A stretch of 63,179 nucleotides of DNA, the filler included, from Octopus bimaculoides (Eukaryota), in the NCBI RefSeq assembly GCF_001194135.2. It is 5 parts of 5 records of this genome, joined end to end, with 100 filler letters (N's around TTAATTAATTAA, not from the genome) between each part and the next. Parts side by side here need not be neighbours in the genome. Positions count along the whole stretch, not along the records: positions 34,474 to 40,403 come from NC_068984.1; positions 40,504 to 48,465 come from NC_068991.1; positions 48,566 to 63,179 come from NC_068990.1; 2 more parts are not named here. One strand, given 5' to 3'. The translations under genes were made by a program, and so were the position numbers. The notes beneath the pieces were generated by a model that saw nothing but the letters and a program-made list of their open reading frames with translations, ran no database searches and was not told the origin of the DNA. This document shows, piece by piece, positions 36,881 through 49,285 of the stretch; position 1 is the stretch's first letter, and the number at the start of each line of letters is the position of its first letter.

Positions 36881-38015
36881 ATGAATATCCCAAAAAGTCT
36901 CGTTCGACGCTCCAGCAGCTCCGTTAGTCCACAGCCCTGTCTGATAGTTTATTATAAAAACTTCAGAACAATGAAAAGCAAAGTTGACTTCGACAGGGTT
37001 TGATCTCAAAGAACAGGGTATNNNNNNNNNNNNNNNNNNNNNNNNNNNNNNNNNNNNNNNNNNNNNNNNNNNNNNNNNNNNNNNNNNNNNNNNNNNNNNN
37101 NNNNNNNNNNNNNNNNNNNNNNNNNNNNNNNNNNNNNNNNNNNNNNNNNNNNNNNNNNNNNNNNNNNNNNNNNNNNNNNNNNNNNNNNNNNNNNNNNNNN
37201 NNNNNNNNNNNNNNNNNNNNNNNNNNNNNNNNNNNNNNNNNNNNNNNNNNNNNNNNNNNNNNNNNNNNNNNNNNNNNNNNNNNNNNNNNNNNNNNNNNNN
37301 NNNNNNNNNNNNNNNNNNNNNNNNNNNNNNNNNNNNNNNNNNNNNNNNNNNNNNNNNNNNNNNNNNNNNNNNNNNNNNNNNNNNNNNNNNNNNNNNNNNN
37401 NNNNNNNNNNNNNNNNNNNNNNNNNNNNNNNNNNNNNNNNNNNNNNNNNNNNNNNNNNNNNNNNNNNNNNNNNNNNNNNNNNNNNNNNNNNNNNNNNNNN
37501 NNNNNNNNNNNNNNNNNNNNNNNNNNNNNNNNNNNNNNNNNNNNNNNNNNNNNNNNNNNNNNNNNNNNNNNNNNNNNNNNNNNNNNNNNNNNNNNNNNNN
37601 NNNNNNNNNNNNNNNNNNNNNNNNNNNNNNNNNNNNNNNNNNNNNNNNNNNNNNNNNNNNNNNNNNNNNNNNNNNNNNNNNNNNNNNNNNNNNNNNNNNN
37701 NNNNNNNNNNNNNNNNNNNNNNNNNNNNNNNNNNNNNNNNNNNNNNNNNNNNNNNNNNNNNNNNNNNNNNNNNNNNNNNNNNNNNNNNNNNNNNNNNNNN
37801 NNNNNNNNNNNNNNNNNNNNNNNNNNNNNNNNNNNNNNNNNNNNNNNNNNNNNNNNNNNNNNNNNNNNNNNNNNNNNNNNNNNNNNNNNNNNNNNNNNNN
37901 NNNNNNNNNNNNNNNNNNNNNNNNNNNNNNNNNNNNNNNNNNNNNNNNNNNNNNNNNNNNNNNNNNNNNNNNNNNNNNNNNNNNNNNNNNNNNNNNNNNN
38001 NNNNNNNNNNNNNNN

Positions 38016-38054
<39 letters not shown>

Positions 38055-38749
38055 TACACAGTTGTAGCACTCATTCTCTGTTATATGTCCTGTTGCCAAG
38101 CGTCATCAATATGCAGTCAAGCCTGTTTTTTATGCTTTCGTTGTTGTTATTTTGTTGTTTTTATTTTACTTGTCTTTGCTTTTGCTTGTGTCAATATAAG
38201 AGAGGGTGTGTGGACGTTTGTGTATGCAGTTTATAGGTTGTGTGTCTGTATGCGAGTGTGAGTTTTTGCAGGTATGTTTGTTAGTGAGCATGGTAGTTGA
38301 CATTACTTTAATTTTCTCTTTCTTCTTGTACTATCATAGTGACTGTGGTGGGAGCTTGTTGTAGAGGTACTGTCACTACACTTACTCTTTCTATTGACTG
38401 TGTGTGGGATCAGAATCGTCTTCTAGTATGTGAACTGCCCCTGTAACCTGTCATGTTGTTGAACGTTTTAGATGTGCAGAAAGAATTTTAATTTCCGCAT
38501 TGTTTATTCATCCATTGCACTTCTGTATAGTATTTTGGTAATGTAGCAGAAAACAAAAACAAAACAGAGAGATTCATCAAAATCATTATTATGTGAGTCC
38601 GGCTCGGTTAGAAAAACCTCCCGCACAGATAATAATTGTAGAATGCGCACAACCTTTTCACAGATTAATACCAAAAACTAGGAACCTAGACTATTGAAAC
38701 CCAGAAGGAAGCTGATGGACCTGCTAGAAATATTCTTTTTTTTATTTTG

Positions 38750-38910
38750 GCACGAAACCAGCACATTTGACAAGTGTGGAAGTCGGTTACCATAATCTCA
38801 GTGTTTGACTGATAATCATTTTATCGACCGCGAAAAGATGAAAGGAAAATCCAACATCGGCGGAATATTAATTCAGAACGTAAAGACAGGCAAAATGCTA
38901 ACGATTCTGT
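38750..38910 (-). mobile_element. SINE family A (degenerate)
   Basis: ttttatcgaccgcgaaaagatgaaagg..catcggcggaat..cagaacgtaaagacagg..gctaacgattctg. Confidence 0.75.
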
Positions 38911-39502
38911 CTGTTTGTCATCTTAAGATCTTCTAGAAATATGGGCAGGAGTTTGTCATCCAAGCCAGAGTTAGGTTATTTTTCTTAATTATTCCTATGG
39001 AATATAAATTTGCAGAAGTATTGGTCAATTAAGGACGTGTCTTTTCAGTTGTTCTTTACGATTGTTCGATTAGTATACCCAGTTTTGAAGGTACCTTAAG
39101 AAATGTCATGGTCTTGTACTTTCTACCTCCTAGGACTTCTAAATCACTTATTCGAGATGCCAGTCTTTGACGTTGTGTTGATGTCTTGTGTTTTTCAGTC
39201 TAATAGACAGCTGAATGTCCTAGCTAAACCGTTTTAAGTACTGATGGGACTCAGCCTAGAGGTCATTTGCAGTTACCATTTAAGATTATCATACAAGTTA
39301 AGATAGTGGATGATATTTGGCCCTCCATCCTCTTACAGAATACTAAAATTACCATTTTCAATTTGCCAGCTGTAAGGCAGCAATTATATTGTGAAAGGAG
39401 AATCAGCTGTTGTATCTTCTTGGAATATCTAAGTAGGTGTTCCTGTGGTGTTGGAGCTTGCAAGTCTTGATGTTACGCTTGCTTAAAGAAGTCCGCTGCA
39501 TT

Positions 39503-39734
39503 AAGGCGGTGAGCTGGCAGAAACGCTAGCACTTCGGGCGAAATACTTAGCGGTATTTCGTCTACCGCTACGTTCTGAGTTCAAATTCCGCCGAGGTCGA
39601 CTTTGCCTTTCATCCTTTCGTGGTCGATAAATTAAGTACCAGTTACGCACTGGGGTCGATGTAATCGACTTAATACCTTTGTCTGTCCTTGTTTGTCCCC
39701 TCCATGTTTAGCCCCTTGTGGGCAATAAAGAAAT
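39503..39734 (+). mobile_element. Full-length SINE family A with perfect 17-bp TSD
   Basis: aagaagtccgctgcatt at 39486-39502 and 39735-39751; A-box-like tggcagaaacgc and B-box-like gagttcaaattcc. Confidence 0.95.
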
Positions 39735-39979
39735 AAGAAGTCCGCTGCATTTATACCATTCTTGTTGTTTTGCTGAATGTTCGCCATCATGTCAATAAAT
39801 TGATTCACTTCCAGCGTTTTGACAAGCTAGTCATGTGGAACAAAGTTATGTACGAGAATATGTGACGTGAACGTTATTGGAAGCGCGGATTGTCAAAGAG
39901 CAATTAACAAAAATTTTCAATGTCTTCAGCATCACAATTTCTTTATTATTCGACACTGCTTAGGACAAATCACATATAT

Positions 39980-40149
39980 GGCGCAGGCGTAGCTGTGTGG
40001 CAAGAAGCTTGCTTCCCAAATACATAATTCCGGGTTCAGTCCCACTGCGTGGCACCTTAGGTAAATGTCTTCTTCTATAGCCTCGGACAAACCAAAGCCT
40101 TTTAAGTGATTTTTTTGACGGAAACTGAAAGAAACCCGCCTTGTGAGTG

Positions 40150-40150
<1 letters not shown>
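39980..40150 (+). mobile_element. SINE family B head running into CA/TA microsatellite
   Basis: ggcgcaggcgtagctgtgtggcaagaagcttgcttccc..ccgggttcagtcccactgcgtggcacc..gacggaaactgaaagaaacccg. Confidence 0.92.
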
Positions 40151-40205
<55 letters not shown>

Positions 40206-40447
40206 ATATTAGGGAATAAAATCCAAAACTTACAGGGAAAAATGCAATTTAGCAAAACTAAATAAAATTTCTCAATATGAAATATAAAAGAATAACTAGT
40301 AAATGGTATGAATTACATTCTTCATTATTGAATTATCTCATAGTTTTTTTTTTCTCTAAATTATATATATACATACATACACACACAGTTATATTATATA
40401 TATNNNNNNNNNNNNNNNNNNNNNNNNNNNNNNNNNNNNNNNNNNNN

Positions 40448-40459
40448 TTAATTAATTAA
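40448..40459. other. Assembly linker TTAATTAATTAA
   Basis: 44N-12-44N construct. Confidence 0.93.
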
Positions 40460-40503
40460 NNNNNNNNNNNNNNNNNNNNNNNNNNNNNNNNNNNNNNNNN
40501 NNN

Positions 40504-40543
<40 letters not shown>

Positions 40544-40554
40544 TGTGTGTGTGT

Positions 40555-40625
40555 GTTTGTATGTCTGTGTTTGTCCCTCCAACATCGTTTGACAACCGAT
40601 GCTGGTGTGTTTACGTCCCGGTTAA
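40555..40625 (+). mobile_element. SINE family B 3' body start after (TG)n
   Basis: gtgtttgtccctccaacatcgtttgacaaccgatgctggtgtgtttacgtccc. Confidence 0.75.
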
Positions 40626-40689
40626 TGCGGGGGGAGCCAATCCTATCAATCTACTTCATTTTAGCCCTTTGTAGAAATTTTGAATAACC

Positions 40690-41230
40690 TTCACTGTGCG
40701 ATGCGGACCTTTATCGTCCAGGGAACAGTTTATGCAAAGTAGGATGGGCATGATCAGCAGAAATACTCAGATCATCCTTGGTGTTAATTGTGCCATGAAG
40801 AGAAAATAAAGGACCAATTCTGTGGTATGGCTGCCTAAATCACCGCAAAGTCACCTCTACGCTTCATGGTAGGGAACAAAGGGCTAGGACTGTAAGTTTC
40901 AGGCTGTCTCGAGATATTAATTTTCCTCGAAGAAGGAAGTGGGGGTGAATAACAATTTATCGCTGATGACACTGTTTCATTGAGCCACTGACCGCTTCTG
41001 ATAGTCTAGACGCCATTTTTCCTGCTTATCAATGTTGATGGCGGACAGGAGACGTTTAGCAGCTTCAGCCCTCCCATGAAATCCAGCTTTATGGAGCTTA
41101 CGATGAACAGTTTTTGTTGACACAGGATTGGCAAGGAGGTGGTTCACCCCTGCCGTCACATTTGCTGCCGTTACTTTTGCTTCCATGGTGTGTCGACGCA
41201 AGGCATTTCACTGTTCTTTAGCCCTTCTCT
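40690..41230 (-). mobile_element. Decayed Tc1-family transposase
   Basis: TAANVTAGVNHLLANPVSTKTVHRKLHKAGFHGRA..KRLLS..KW..Q*NSVISDK (about QWKKVIFSDES), PTMKRRG (about PTVKHGGG), LHGTINTKD and DDKGPHRT (about DDNAPIHT); stops and frameshifts. Confidence 0.88.
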
Positions 41231-41311
41231 CTAAAATTTGCCCTCCGTCAAGAATTATGCTTGCCAGAAAAGGTTTCACCTTGATTTTTCAAAGCCAATA
41301 TGATTTTAGAG

Positions 41312-41800
41312 ATAATACAAATAATATGTGAGTATATGCACATATACGTACATGCATATCTGGGTACAGGACATCACAAAAAAAAAACGTGGACAAAATA
41401 AAAAAAACAGAACATAAAGAGAGCACAGAAAACACACAGGCCACATAGAGAACATTTCCTTCATCAGCTGCCTCCATACTAAACTAAGGGTTTCCAAGAG
41501 TTTATGCATATAAGTAAATATATGCATGTGTGTATGTATATATATATATATTTATGTGTATACACACACATTATATATATAATACAAATAATATGTGAGT
41601 ATATGCATATATACGTACATGTATGTACATACCTACATCTACATGTATATATAGATGCACATCTGGGTACAGGACGTTAGAAAGAAACGTGGACAAAATG
41701 AAAAACAGAACATAAACAGAGCACAGAAAGCACCCAGGCCACATAGAGGACATTTCCTTCATCCGCTGCCACCATTCTAAAACTAAGCGTTTCGAACCGG
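41312..41800. repeat. Local tandem duplication of a 170-220-bp unit (copies from about 41312 and 41580)
   Basis: Both copies read aatacaaataatatgtgagtatatgca..atctgggtacaggac..aaacgtggacaaaat..aacagaacataaa.agagcacagaaa.cac.caggccacatagag.acatttccttcatc.gctgcc. Confidence 0.9.
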
Positions 41801-42102
41801 CCTCTCGCATCATTAAACAATCCAATGGTTTTAGTGACTGAATCTTCGGTAACACTCCATTAAAGTAACTTTTTAGGATATCAGACAGGTCATGCATTTT
41901 TAACTTATCTAAGTATAAAATCTACAAAAGAAATAAAAGAAGTAGAAACACAGTGATATCATGAATTACAAGGCATACATAACGCATATGAATATATATA
42001 TATAAAGACTGAAGCAGTTTGGGATTTGTGATATTGCCAACAGAAGGAAATAGCGAAATAAAAAGTGATATTTCTGTTATTTTCTCCAACCCCGGTAAAT
42101 AC

Positions 42103-42162
<60 letters not shown>

Positions 42163-44094
42163 CTCTTTATGTATGTATGTATATATATATATTCATACAT
42201 ATATATACACATACATACATACACACACACATATAAAAGTATATATATATACATACATATATATTTGCCTTCTATACATACACATATACATACATACACA
42301 TATATATATATATAAACATATATATATANNNNNNNNNNNNNNNNNNNNNNNNNNNNNNNNNNNNNNNNNNNNNNNNNNNNNNNNNNNNNNNNNNNNNNNN
42401 NNNNNNNNNNNNNNNNNNNNNNNNNNNNNNNNNNNNNNNNNNNNNNNNNNNNNNNNNNNNNNNNNNNNNNNNNNNNNNNNNNNNNNNNNNNNNNNNNNNN
42501 NNNNNNNNNNNNNNNNNNNNNNNNNNNNNNNNNNNNNNNNNNNNNNNNNNNNNNNNNNNNNNNNNNNNNNNNNNNNNNNNNNNNNNNNNNNNNNNNNNNN
42601 NNNNNNNNNNNNNNNNNNNNNNNNNNNNNNNNNNNNNNNNNNNNNNNNNNNNNNNNNNNNNNNNNNNNNNNNNNNNNNNNNNNNNNNNNNNNNNNNNNNN
42701 NNNNNNNNNNNNNNNNNNNNNNNNNNNNNNNNNNNNNNNNNNNNNNNNNNNNNNNNNNNNNNNNNNNNNNNNNNNNNNNNNNNNNNNNNNNNNNNNNNNN
42801 NNNNNNNNNNNNNNNNNNNNNNNNNNNNNNNNNNNNNNNNNNNNNNNNNNNNNNNNNNNNNNNNNNNNNNNNNNNNNNNNNNNNNNNNNNNNNNNNNNNN
42901 NNNNNNNNNNNNNNNNNNNNNNNNNNNNNNNNNNNNNNNNNNNNNNNNNNNNNNNNNNNNNNNNNNNNNNNNNNNNNNNNNNNNNNNNNNNNNNNNNNNN
43001 NNNNNNNNNNNNNNNNNNNNNNNNNNNNNNNNNNNNNNNNNNNNNNNNNNNNNNNNNNNNNNNNNNNNNNNNNNNNNNNNNNNNNNNNNNNNNNNNNNNN
43101 NNNNNNNNNNNNNNNNNNNNNNNNNNNNNNNNNNNNNNNNNNNNNNNNNNNNNNNNNNNNNNNNNNNNNNNNNNNNNNNNNNNNNNNNNNNNNNNNNNNN
43201 NNNNNNNNNNNNNNNNNNNGTACACGTACATACATACTTATATATGCGTATATATTACACATACATACACGCGCATATAATTTTGTGTGTAAGTGTCTCT
43301 CTATTCTTACGTTTTTTTTCCCCCACACTTGATACAACCGCGGAGTAGGACCGAGATCAGTTTCCTGTTGGTAAAAAGTGGCTTCTCTATTGATCATTAG
43401 GTTAGGAAACTAATATAACTACTCTCTCAGTCTGTGTCTCTCTGTCTTTCTCTCTCTATGCCTGTCTCTCTGTCTCTCTTTCTCACACACGCTCGCTCAA
43501 TCATACGGAGACACACACTCGAAATAAAATGTTAAATTAAAACCAAGCAAGAGTAATGAAAAAAAATGCAACAAAGTGAAAAGTAATTTTATAAAAACAC
43601 CCAAATAATTGTAATGAGAAAGTCACCACGCAAACTATAGTAAATAACGATAAAACAAACAAAACAAGGTAAATAGCATCTGTATCATTATCAACAACAA
43701 CAACAACAACAATAACAGCAGCAGCAACTACAACAACAAGTGTATGGTGATCACCATTGGAAATTTGAAGGGAATAAAATTAATAACAATCAGAAAAAAA
43801 AGAAGTTTTTATTGAAAAATGTAACAACAACAAGAACAAACTCAATGATGACAACGAAAATACCAAACGACGACGGCTGAGAAAATACGAGCGACGAGTG
43901 ACAAGATAATAATGGCGGCAACGACAGCAAAGACGAAAACAATAATAAAAGCAAAAATAGCACCGAAAACTGCAACAACGACGAAAATGATAAAAACGGC
44001 GACGACAAAGAAAATTACGACCACGTCAATGACGTCAACATCTAGAAAAACAACGAGAAAATAATTTTGATGATGATGATGACGGGATGATAAT

Positions 44095-44500
44095 AACGAT
44101 TTCGAATTTTGGCGCAAGGCTTGAAATTTTGTGGGGGAGACCGCTTGTGTTTCACTAGTACTTAATTTATTGACACCCGAAATTATGACAGTCGAGCGTA
44201 AAGAAGGACGAAATATCACTTAGCATTTTCACATGAAAGACGTAAGAAGCGTCATTCTGTTATGAAGAAACAGAATATCTGTTATGGAGAACCAATCAGA
44301 CAAATACGAGCGAAAACAATAACAGCGCCTTCGAAAAGGCGGAGGTACCAATCCTTTCTACTATAGGCACAATGTCTGAAATTGTGGTACTTAATCTATC
44401 GACCCCGAAAGGATGAAAAGTAAAGCTGACCTCGGCGGAATTTGGACTCAGAACGTAAAGACAGACTAAATACCGCGTGCAATCGATTCCGTCAGTTAGC
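44095..44500 (-). mobile_element. Two SINE family A pieces (44095-44235 and 44340-44500)
   Basis: gtacttaat.tat.gac.cc.gaaa cores; the second has ggcggaatttggactcagaacgtaaagacagac. Confidence 0.75.
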
Positions 44501-44595
44501 CGNNNNNNNNNNNNNNNNNNNNNNNNNNNNNNNNNNNNNNNNNNNNNNNNNNNNNNNNNNNNNNNNNNNNNNNNNNNNNNNNNNNNNNNNNNNNN

Positions 44596-44597
<2 letters not shown>

Positions 44598-44649
<52 letters not shown>

Positions 44650-44650
44650 T

Positions 44651-44703
<53 letters not shown>

Positions 44704-44722
44704 ATAATAATAATAATAATAA
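44598..44722. repeat. (CTA)n-(CTG)n-(CTA)n-(TAA)7 compound array
   Basis: Direct reading; (TAA)7 at 44702-44722. Confidence 0.95.
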
Positions 44723-45890
44723 GAGTCAATGTATGGGCATCTGGAAAAAATGGAATCCTGCCACATGAGCAGAAAGGTTGCAGGCGTGAGTGCAGATGTA
44801 CCAAGGATCAGCTCCTGGTGGACAAAACTATACTTAGAGACTGCAAGGGGGGGGGGGTAAAACTAACTTAGCCATGTCATGGATCGGTTATCGGAAGGCG
44901 TACGATATGATCCCACATTCTTGGATTATGGAATGTATGAACCTATTTGGTATTGGATCGAATGTTGAGCGATTGCTTGGAAAAAGTATGGCGAAGTGGA
45001 GGGACGGAATTGACAGCGCATGGAAGACCTTTAGGGACAATGACAATCAGCAGAAGCATCTTCCAAGGGGACTGTCTATATCTACTGATCTTTGTGCTGT
45101 GCATGGTATCCCTAACACTGCTTCTGAGGAAAGCAAAGGCTGGGTGTATATTCAAAAGCTGTCAACAAACAGTCAACCACTTGTTATTCATGGATGACCT
45201 CAAACTTTATGGTAAAGAGGAATTCCAAGTCAGTTCCCTCGTTGATAAGGTGTATACTTTTAGTGCTGATATCAGAACGGAATTCGAACTCAAAAAGTTG
45301 TGGTGTGTTAGTCTTGAAGAGAGGCAAAATGAAATGAATGGACGGCATAATGATACCGTCTGGGGAGGTTATAAAGTAGATAGAAGAGATGGGCTATAAG
45401 TACTTGTGGATATTGGAAATGGATAAATCGATGGAGAAAGAAATGATAGAAAAATTTAAGGTGGAATACTTGCGCAGGCTGAGACTGATTCTTAAGTCGA
45501 AATTAAACGGACAGAATAAGATTGAAGCTATCAACACCTGGGCGGTTTCACTCCTTAGATATGGAGCAGGGATAATCGCATGGGCAGTAGACGAACTAAA
45601 CAGCTCAGACAGAAAGACAAGGAAGTTGCTGACTAGATATGGGATACTCCACACAAAAAGTGACACAGACAGACAGTACCAAACACAGAAGGGGAAGAGG
45701 ACTGATTGGATGTGAATACAGCATTCGAGCAGAAGAAAACAATGTAACATGATATGTAGAAAAATGCCACACCACCGCAATTATTGGAATTTAGAAGGTT
45801 AGGCTTGTGTAGGATGGAGGATTGCAAAGATAAAGCACTCTACAAGCACTTGAGAATGAATGAAACTAAAAATAGGTGGATAAATAATTC
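44723..45890 (+). mobile_element. 5'- and 3'-truncated R4/Dong-clade non-LTR retrotransposon RT region (pseudogenised)
   Basis: [101 protein letters not shown]; frameshifts between these segments. Confidence 0.93.
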
Positions 45891-45904
45891 TAAATCTGGA
45901 ACGA

Positions 45905-46070
45905 GGCTACCAGTTTTGAAGTGAAGCTGCAAGTCGATTACATCGGCCCACAGGGATTTATTTAAACTTATTTTATCGACCCCGATATCACGAAACGCAA
46001 GTTTGGTCATGGCGAGATTTGAACTCAGAATATAAAGAACCGGGGGGGGGGGAGGAAATGCCGCTAATCA
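45905..46070 (-). mobile_element. SINE family A (degenerate)
   Basis: gtcgattacatcg..ttattttatcgacccc..ggcgagatttgaactcagaa..aaatgccgctaa. Confidence 0.75.
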
Positions 46071-46244
46071 TTCTTTTCGAGACGCTCTAGCTATTCCGTT
46101 GATCCATTCACCATGGTGATGGTGATGGTGATGATGATGATTTGGTAATTCTCACATCCCCTCTATATCTATGCTGATATACATTCAACATGGACGTCTG
46201 AAAGAAATTTGTCAAATATGTACTAAGACTTCTTTTCGGTAGGA

Positions 46245-46286
46245 TTAATAATAATAATAGCTATAATAATAATAATAATAATAATA

Positions 46287-46326
<40 letters not shown>

Positions 46327-46445
46327 TGATGATGATGATGACGATGATGGTGATGATAATAATAACAACAACTACATCAACAACGACAATAATAATGATA
46401 AACAACATAATAGTAATAATAATAATAACAACAACAATAATTAAA
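46245..46445. repeat. (AAT)n/(GAT)n/(AAC)n array
   Basis: Direct reading. Confidence 0.92.
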
Positions 46446-46558
46446 GTCATGATGCCTAGATGGGGATGGTGGTGATGGTGTGGAGTTATAAAATTTAATC
46501 CTTAGTGGTTTCAACTTCAAAAGTATCGATTAAATATTTGTACGGTCATTAAGATATA

Positions 46559-46609
<51 letters not shown>

Positions 46610-47171
46610 NNNNNNNNNNNNNNNNNNNNNNNNNNNNNNNNNNNNNNNNNNNNNNNNNNNNNNNNNNNNNNNNNNNNNNNNNNNNNNNNNNNNNNNNNNN
46701 NNNNNNNNNNNNNNNNNNNNNNNNNNNNNNNNNNNNNNNNNNNNNNNNNNNNNNNNNNNNNNNNNNNNNNNNNNNNNNNNNNNNNNNNNNNNNNNNNNNN
46801 NNNNNNNNNNNNNNNNNNNNNNNNNNNNNNNNNNNNNNNNNNNNNNNNNNNNNNNNNNNNNNNNNNNNNNNNNNNNNNNNNNNNNNNNNNNNNNNNNNNN
46901 NNNNNNNNNNNNNNNNNNNNNNNNNNNNNNNNNNNNNNNNNNNNNNNNNNNNNNNNNNNNNNNNNNNNNNNNNNNNNNNNNNNNNNNNNNNNNNNNNNNN
47001 NNNNNNNNNNNNNNNNNNNNNNNNNNNNNNNNNNNNNNNNNNNNNNNNNNNNNNNNNNNNNNNNNNNNNNNNNNNNNNNNNNNNNNNNNNNNNNNNNNNN
47101 NNNNNNNNNNNNNNNNNNNNNNNNNNNNNNNNNNNNNNNNNNNNNNNNNNNNNNNNNNNNNNNNNNNNNNN

Positions 47172-47206
<35 letters not shown>

Positions 47207-47589
47207 GTGTACATTCAACCGTAGTTTACATTTTAGTTAAGTTCAAACGTACCCCATAAAATCTGATTCATCACAAGTTTTAGGATAAATGGATGCCTAA
47301 TAGGAATAACGTATCTTTACAGATTTGACCATCAGTATGTGAAGATAACTTTAGAGTTTTACCTACAGCACATAATTATATTTTGTTAAACATACTACTT
47401 TGATATATCCGAGCTATTTGTTACATTTTGCTTTCGCGGATTTTCTTTACACGTCATTCATATTATTGTGTATTTGATGCAAACTTATGTGCATGTATGT
47501 ATGTATGTGAGTGTGTATGTATGTATGTATGTATGTATGTTTTATGCGTTTGTCCGTCTGTATGTATGTATGTNNNNNNNNNNATACAC

Positions 47590-47639
<50 letters not shown>

Positions 47640-48049
47640 ATGTGTGTGTGTGTATGTATGTACATTTTCTAAGGTACACTGAAGCAGTGAAGGTAATTAA
47701 AGAGATGCGGCTGATGATGACGGCGAGGATGGCGAAGATATTAATAAATCTATTCATTTTTAACAGACACACGTCCTTCTATTAAGGGTATGATTTATAT
47801 ACAATATGATAACCACGGGTACTCGACGCATACATGAAAAGCAACCGTGATACTAAGAACATCGAACATAATGTGTAGTTACAACTAATATGTTTCGGTC
47901 TTCAAAATGCATATAAGAAAAGAAAAAGAAAATACGGTTATCTCATATAAGCAATGGCACCAAATATATGGCGGCAAAATATTTTCTCCATGGATTTCTT
48001 GATCCTGTAATCTAATCATATTATTTTGTGTAAGCAAAATTAAAAACAC

Positions 48050-48465
48050 TCACGCACACACACACATACATACATACATACATACACATGCATATATACA
48101 TACATACATACATACATACATACATACACACATATACATATATATATACACACACGCACACACATATACGTATATATATATACACGCACACACATATACA
48201 TATATGTATATACGCACAAACGCACACACACATACACATACACATACATGTATATACACATACACACATATACATATCCACACACGTCGTCGTCGTTGTC
48301 GTCGTCGTGGTCGTCATTATCATCATCTTCTTCTTCTTCTTCCTAATCTTCTTCTTCTCTTCTTCTTTTCTTCTTCTTCTTCTTCTTCTTCTTCTTCTTC
48401 TTCTTCTTCCTGATCTTCTTCTCTTCTTCTTTTCTTCTTCTTCTTCTTTTCTTCTTCTTCTTCTT
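48050..48465. repeat. CA/TA compound followed by (GTC)n and (CTT)n
   Basis: Direct reading. Confidence 0.92.
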
Positions 48466-48509
48466 NNNNNNNNNNNNNNNNNNNNNNNNNNNNNNNNNNN
48501 NNNNNNNNN

Positions 48510-48521
48510 TTAATTAATTAA
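48510..48521. other. Assembly linker TTAATTAATTAA
   Basis: 44N-12-44N construct. Confidence 0.93.
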
Positions 48522-48902
48522 NNNNNNNNNNNNNNNNNNNNNNNNNNNNNNNNNNNNNNNNNNNNGTGCATCTATACATGCGTGTATGGGAGGTTATCTT
48601 TGTGCGTGTATGTATGTGTGACTGTGATCCTCTGTGTGTGTGTGTGTGTGTGTGTATGTGTGCGTGTATGAGAGAAACAAAGAAAGTGGGTAAGTGCAAA
48701 TTTTCATCGAGGTGTTTCGACCACTGTCCATACTGACGAGCAACCATTCGTCACATTAATCCTGACAAAAGAAAAAAAAAACACACACACACAAAAAAAA
48801 ACACTTTGGAACAATGCCGACCTTTTTCTATCAGATCAGGTGCTGGGTATGATATTTTTATGGTTAAACTGAAAAGGTTTTACAGAATGCAAACATAATG
48901 AA

Positions 48903-49285
48903 TGGGAGCGCCATGGCCCATTGATCTGGGAAGCGGACACGTGGTTGTAGGATCACGGTTTCGACTCCCAGACTGGATGTTGTGAGTGTTTATTGAGCGA
49001 AAACACCGAAAGCTCCACGAGGCTCCGACAGGGAGTAATAGCGAACCCTGCTGTACTGTTTCACCACACCTTTCTCTCACTCTTTCTTCCTGTTTCTGTT
49101 ATACCTGTATTTCAAAGGGCCAGCCTTGTCACACTCTGTGTCGCGCTGAATCTCCCTGAGAAATTCGTTAATGGCACACGTGTCTGTGGAGCGCTCAGCC
49201 ACTTGCATGTTAATTTCACGAGCAGGCTGTTCTGTTGATAGGATCAATTAGAACCATCGTCGTCGTAACTGACGGAATGCCACGA
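48903..49285 (+). mobile_element. SINE family C, full-length form
   Basis: gggagcgccatggccc..ggtttcgactcccagac..gttgtgagtgtttattgagcgaaaacacc..gggccagccttgtcacac..gtcgtaactgacggaatgcca. Confidence 0.9.

Noticed and set aside
38940-39480. Minus-strand stretch (QRQRLASRISDLE..) possibly from a retroelement N-terminus
   Set aside because: No diagnostic motif; similarity is impressionistic.
44025-44040. Second TGACGTCA (CRE-like) match
   Set aside because: Lies in degenerate GAC/AAC triplet sequence with no other promoter elements.
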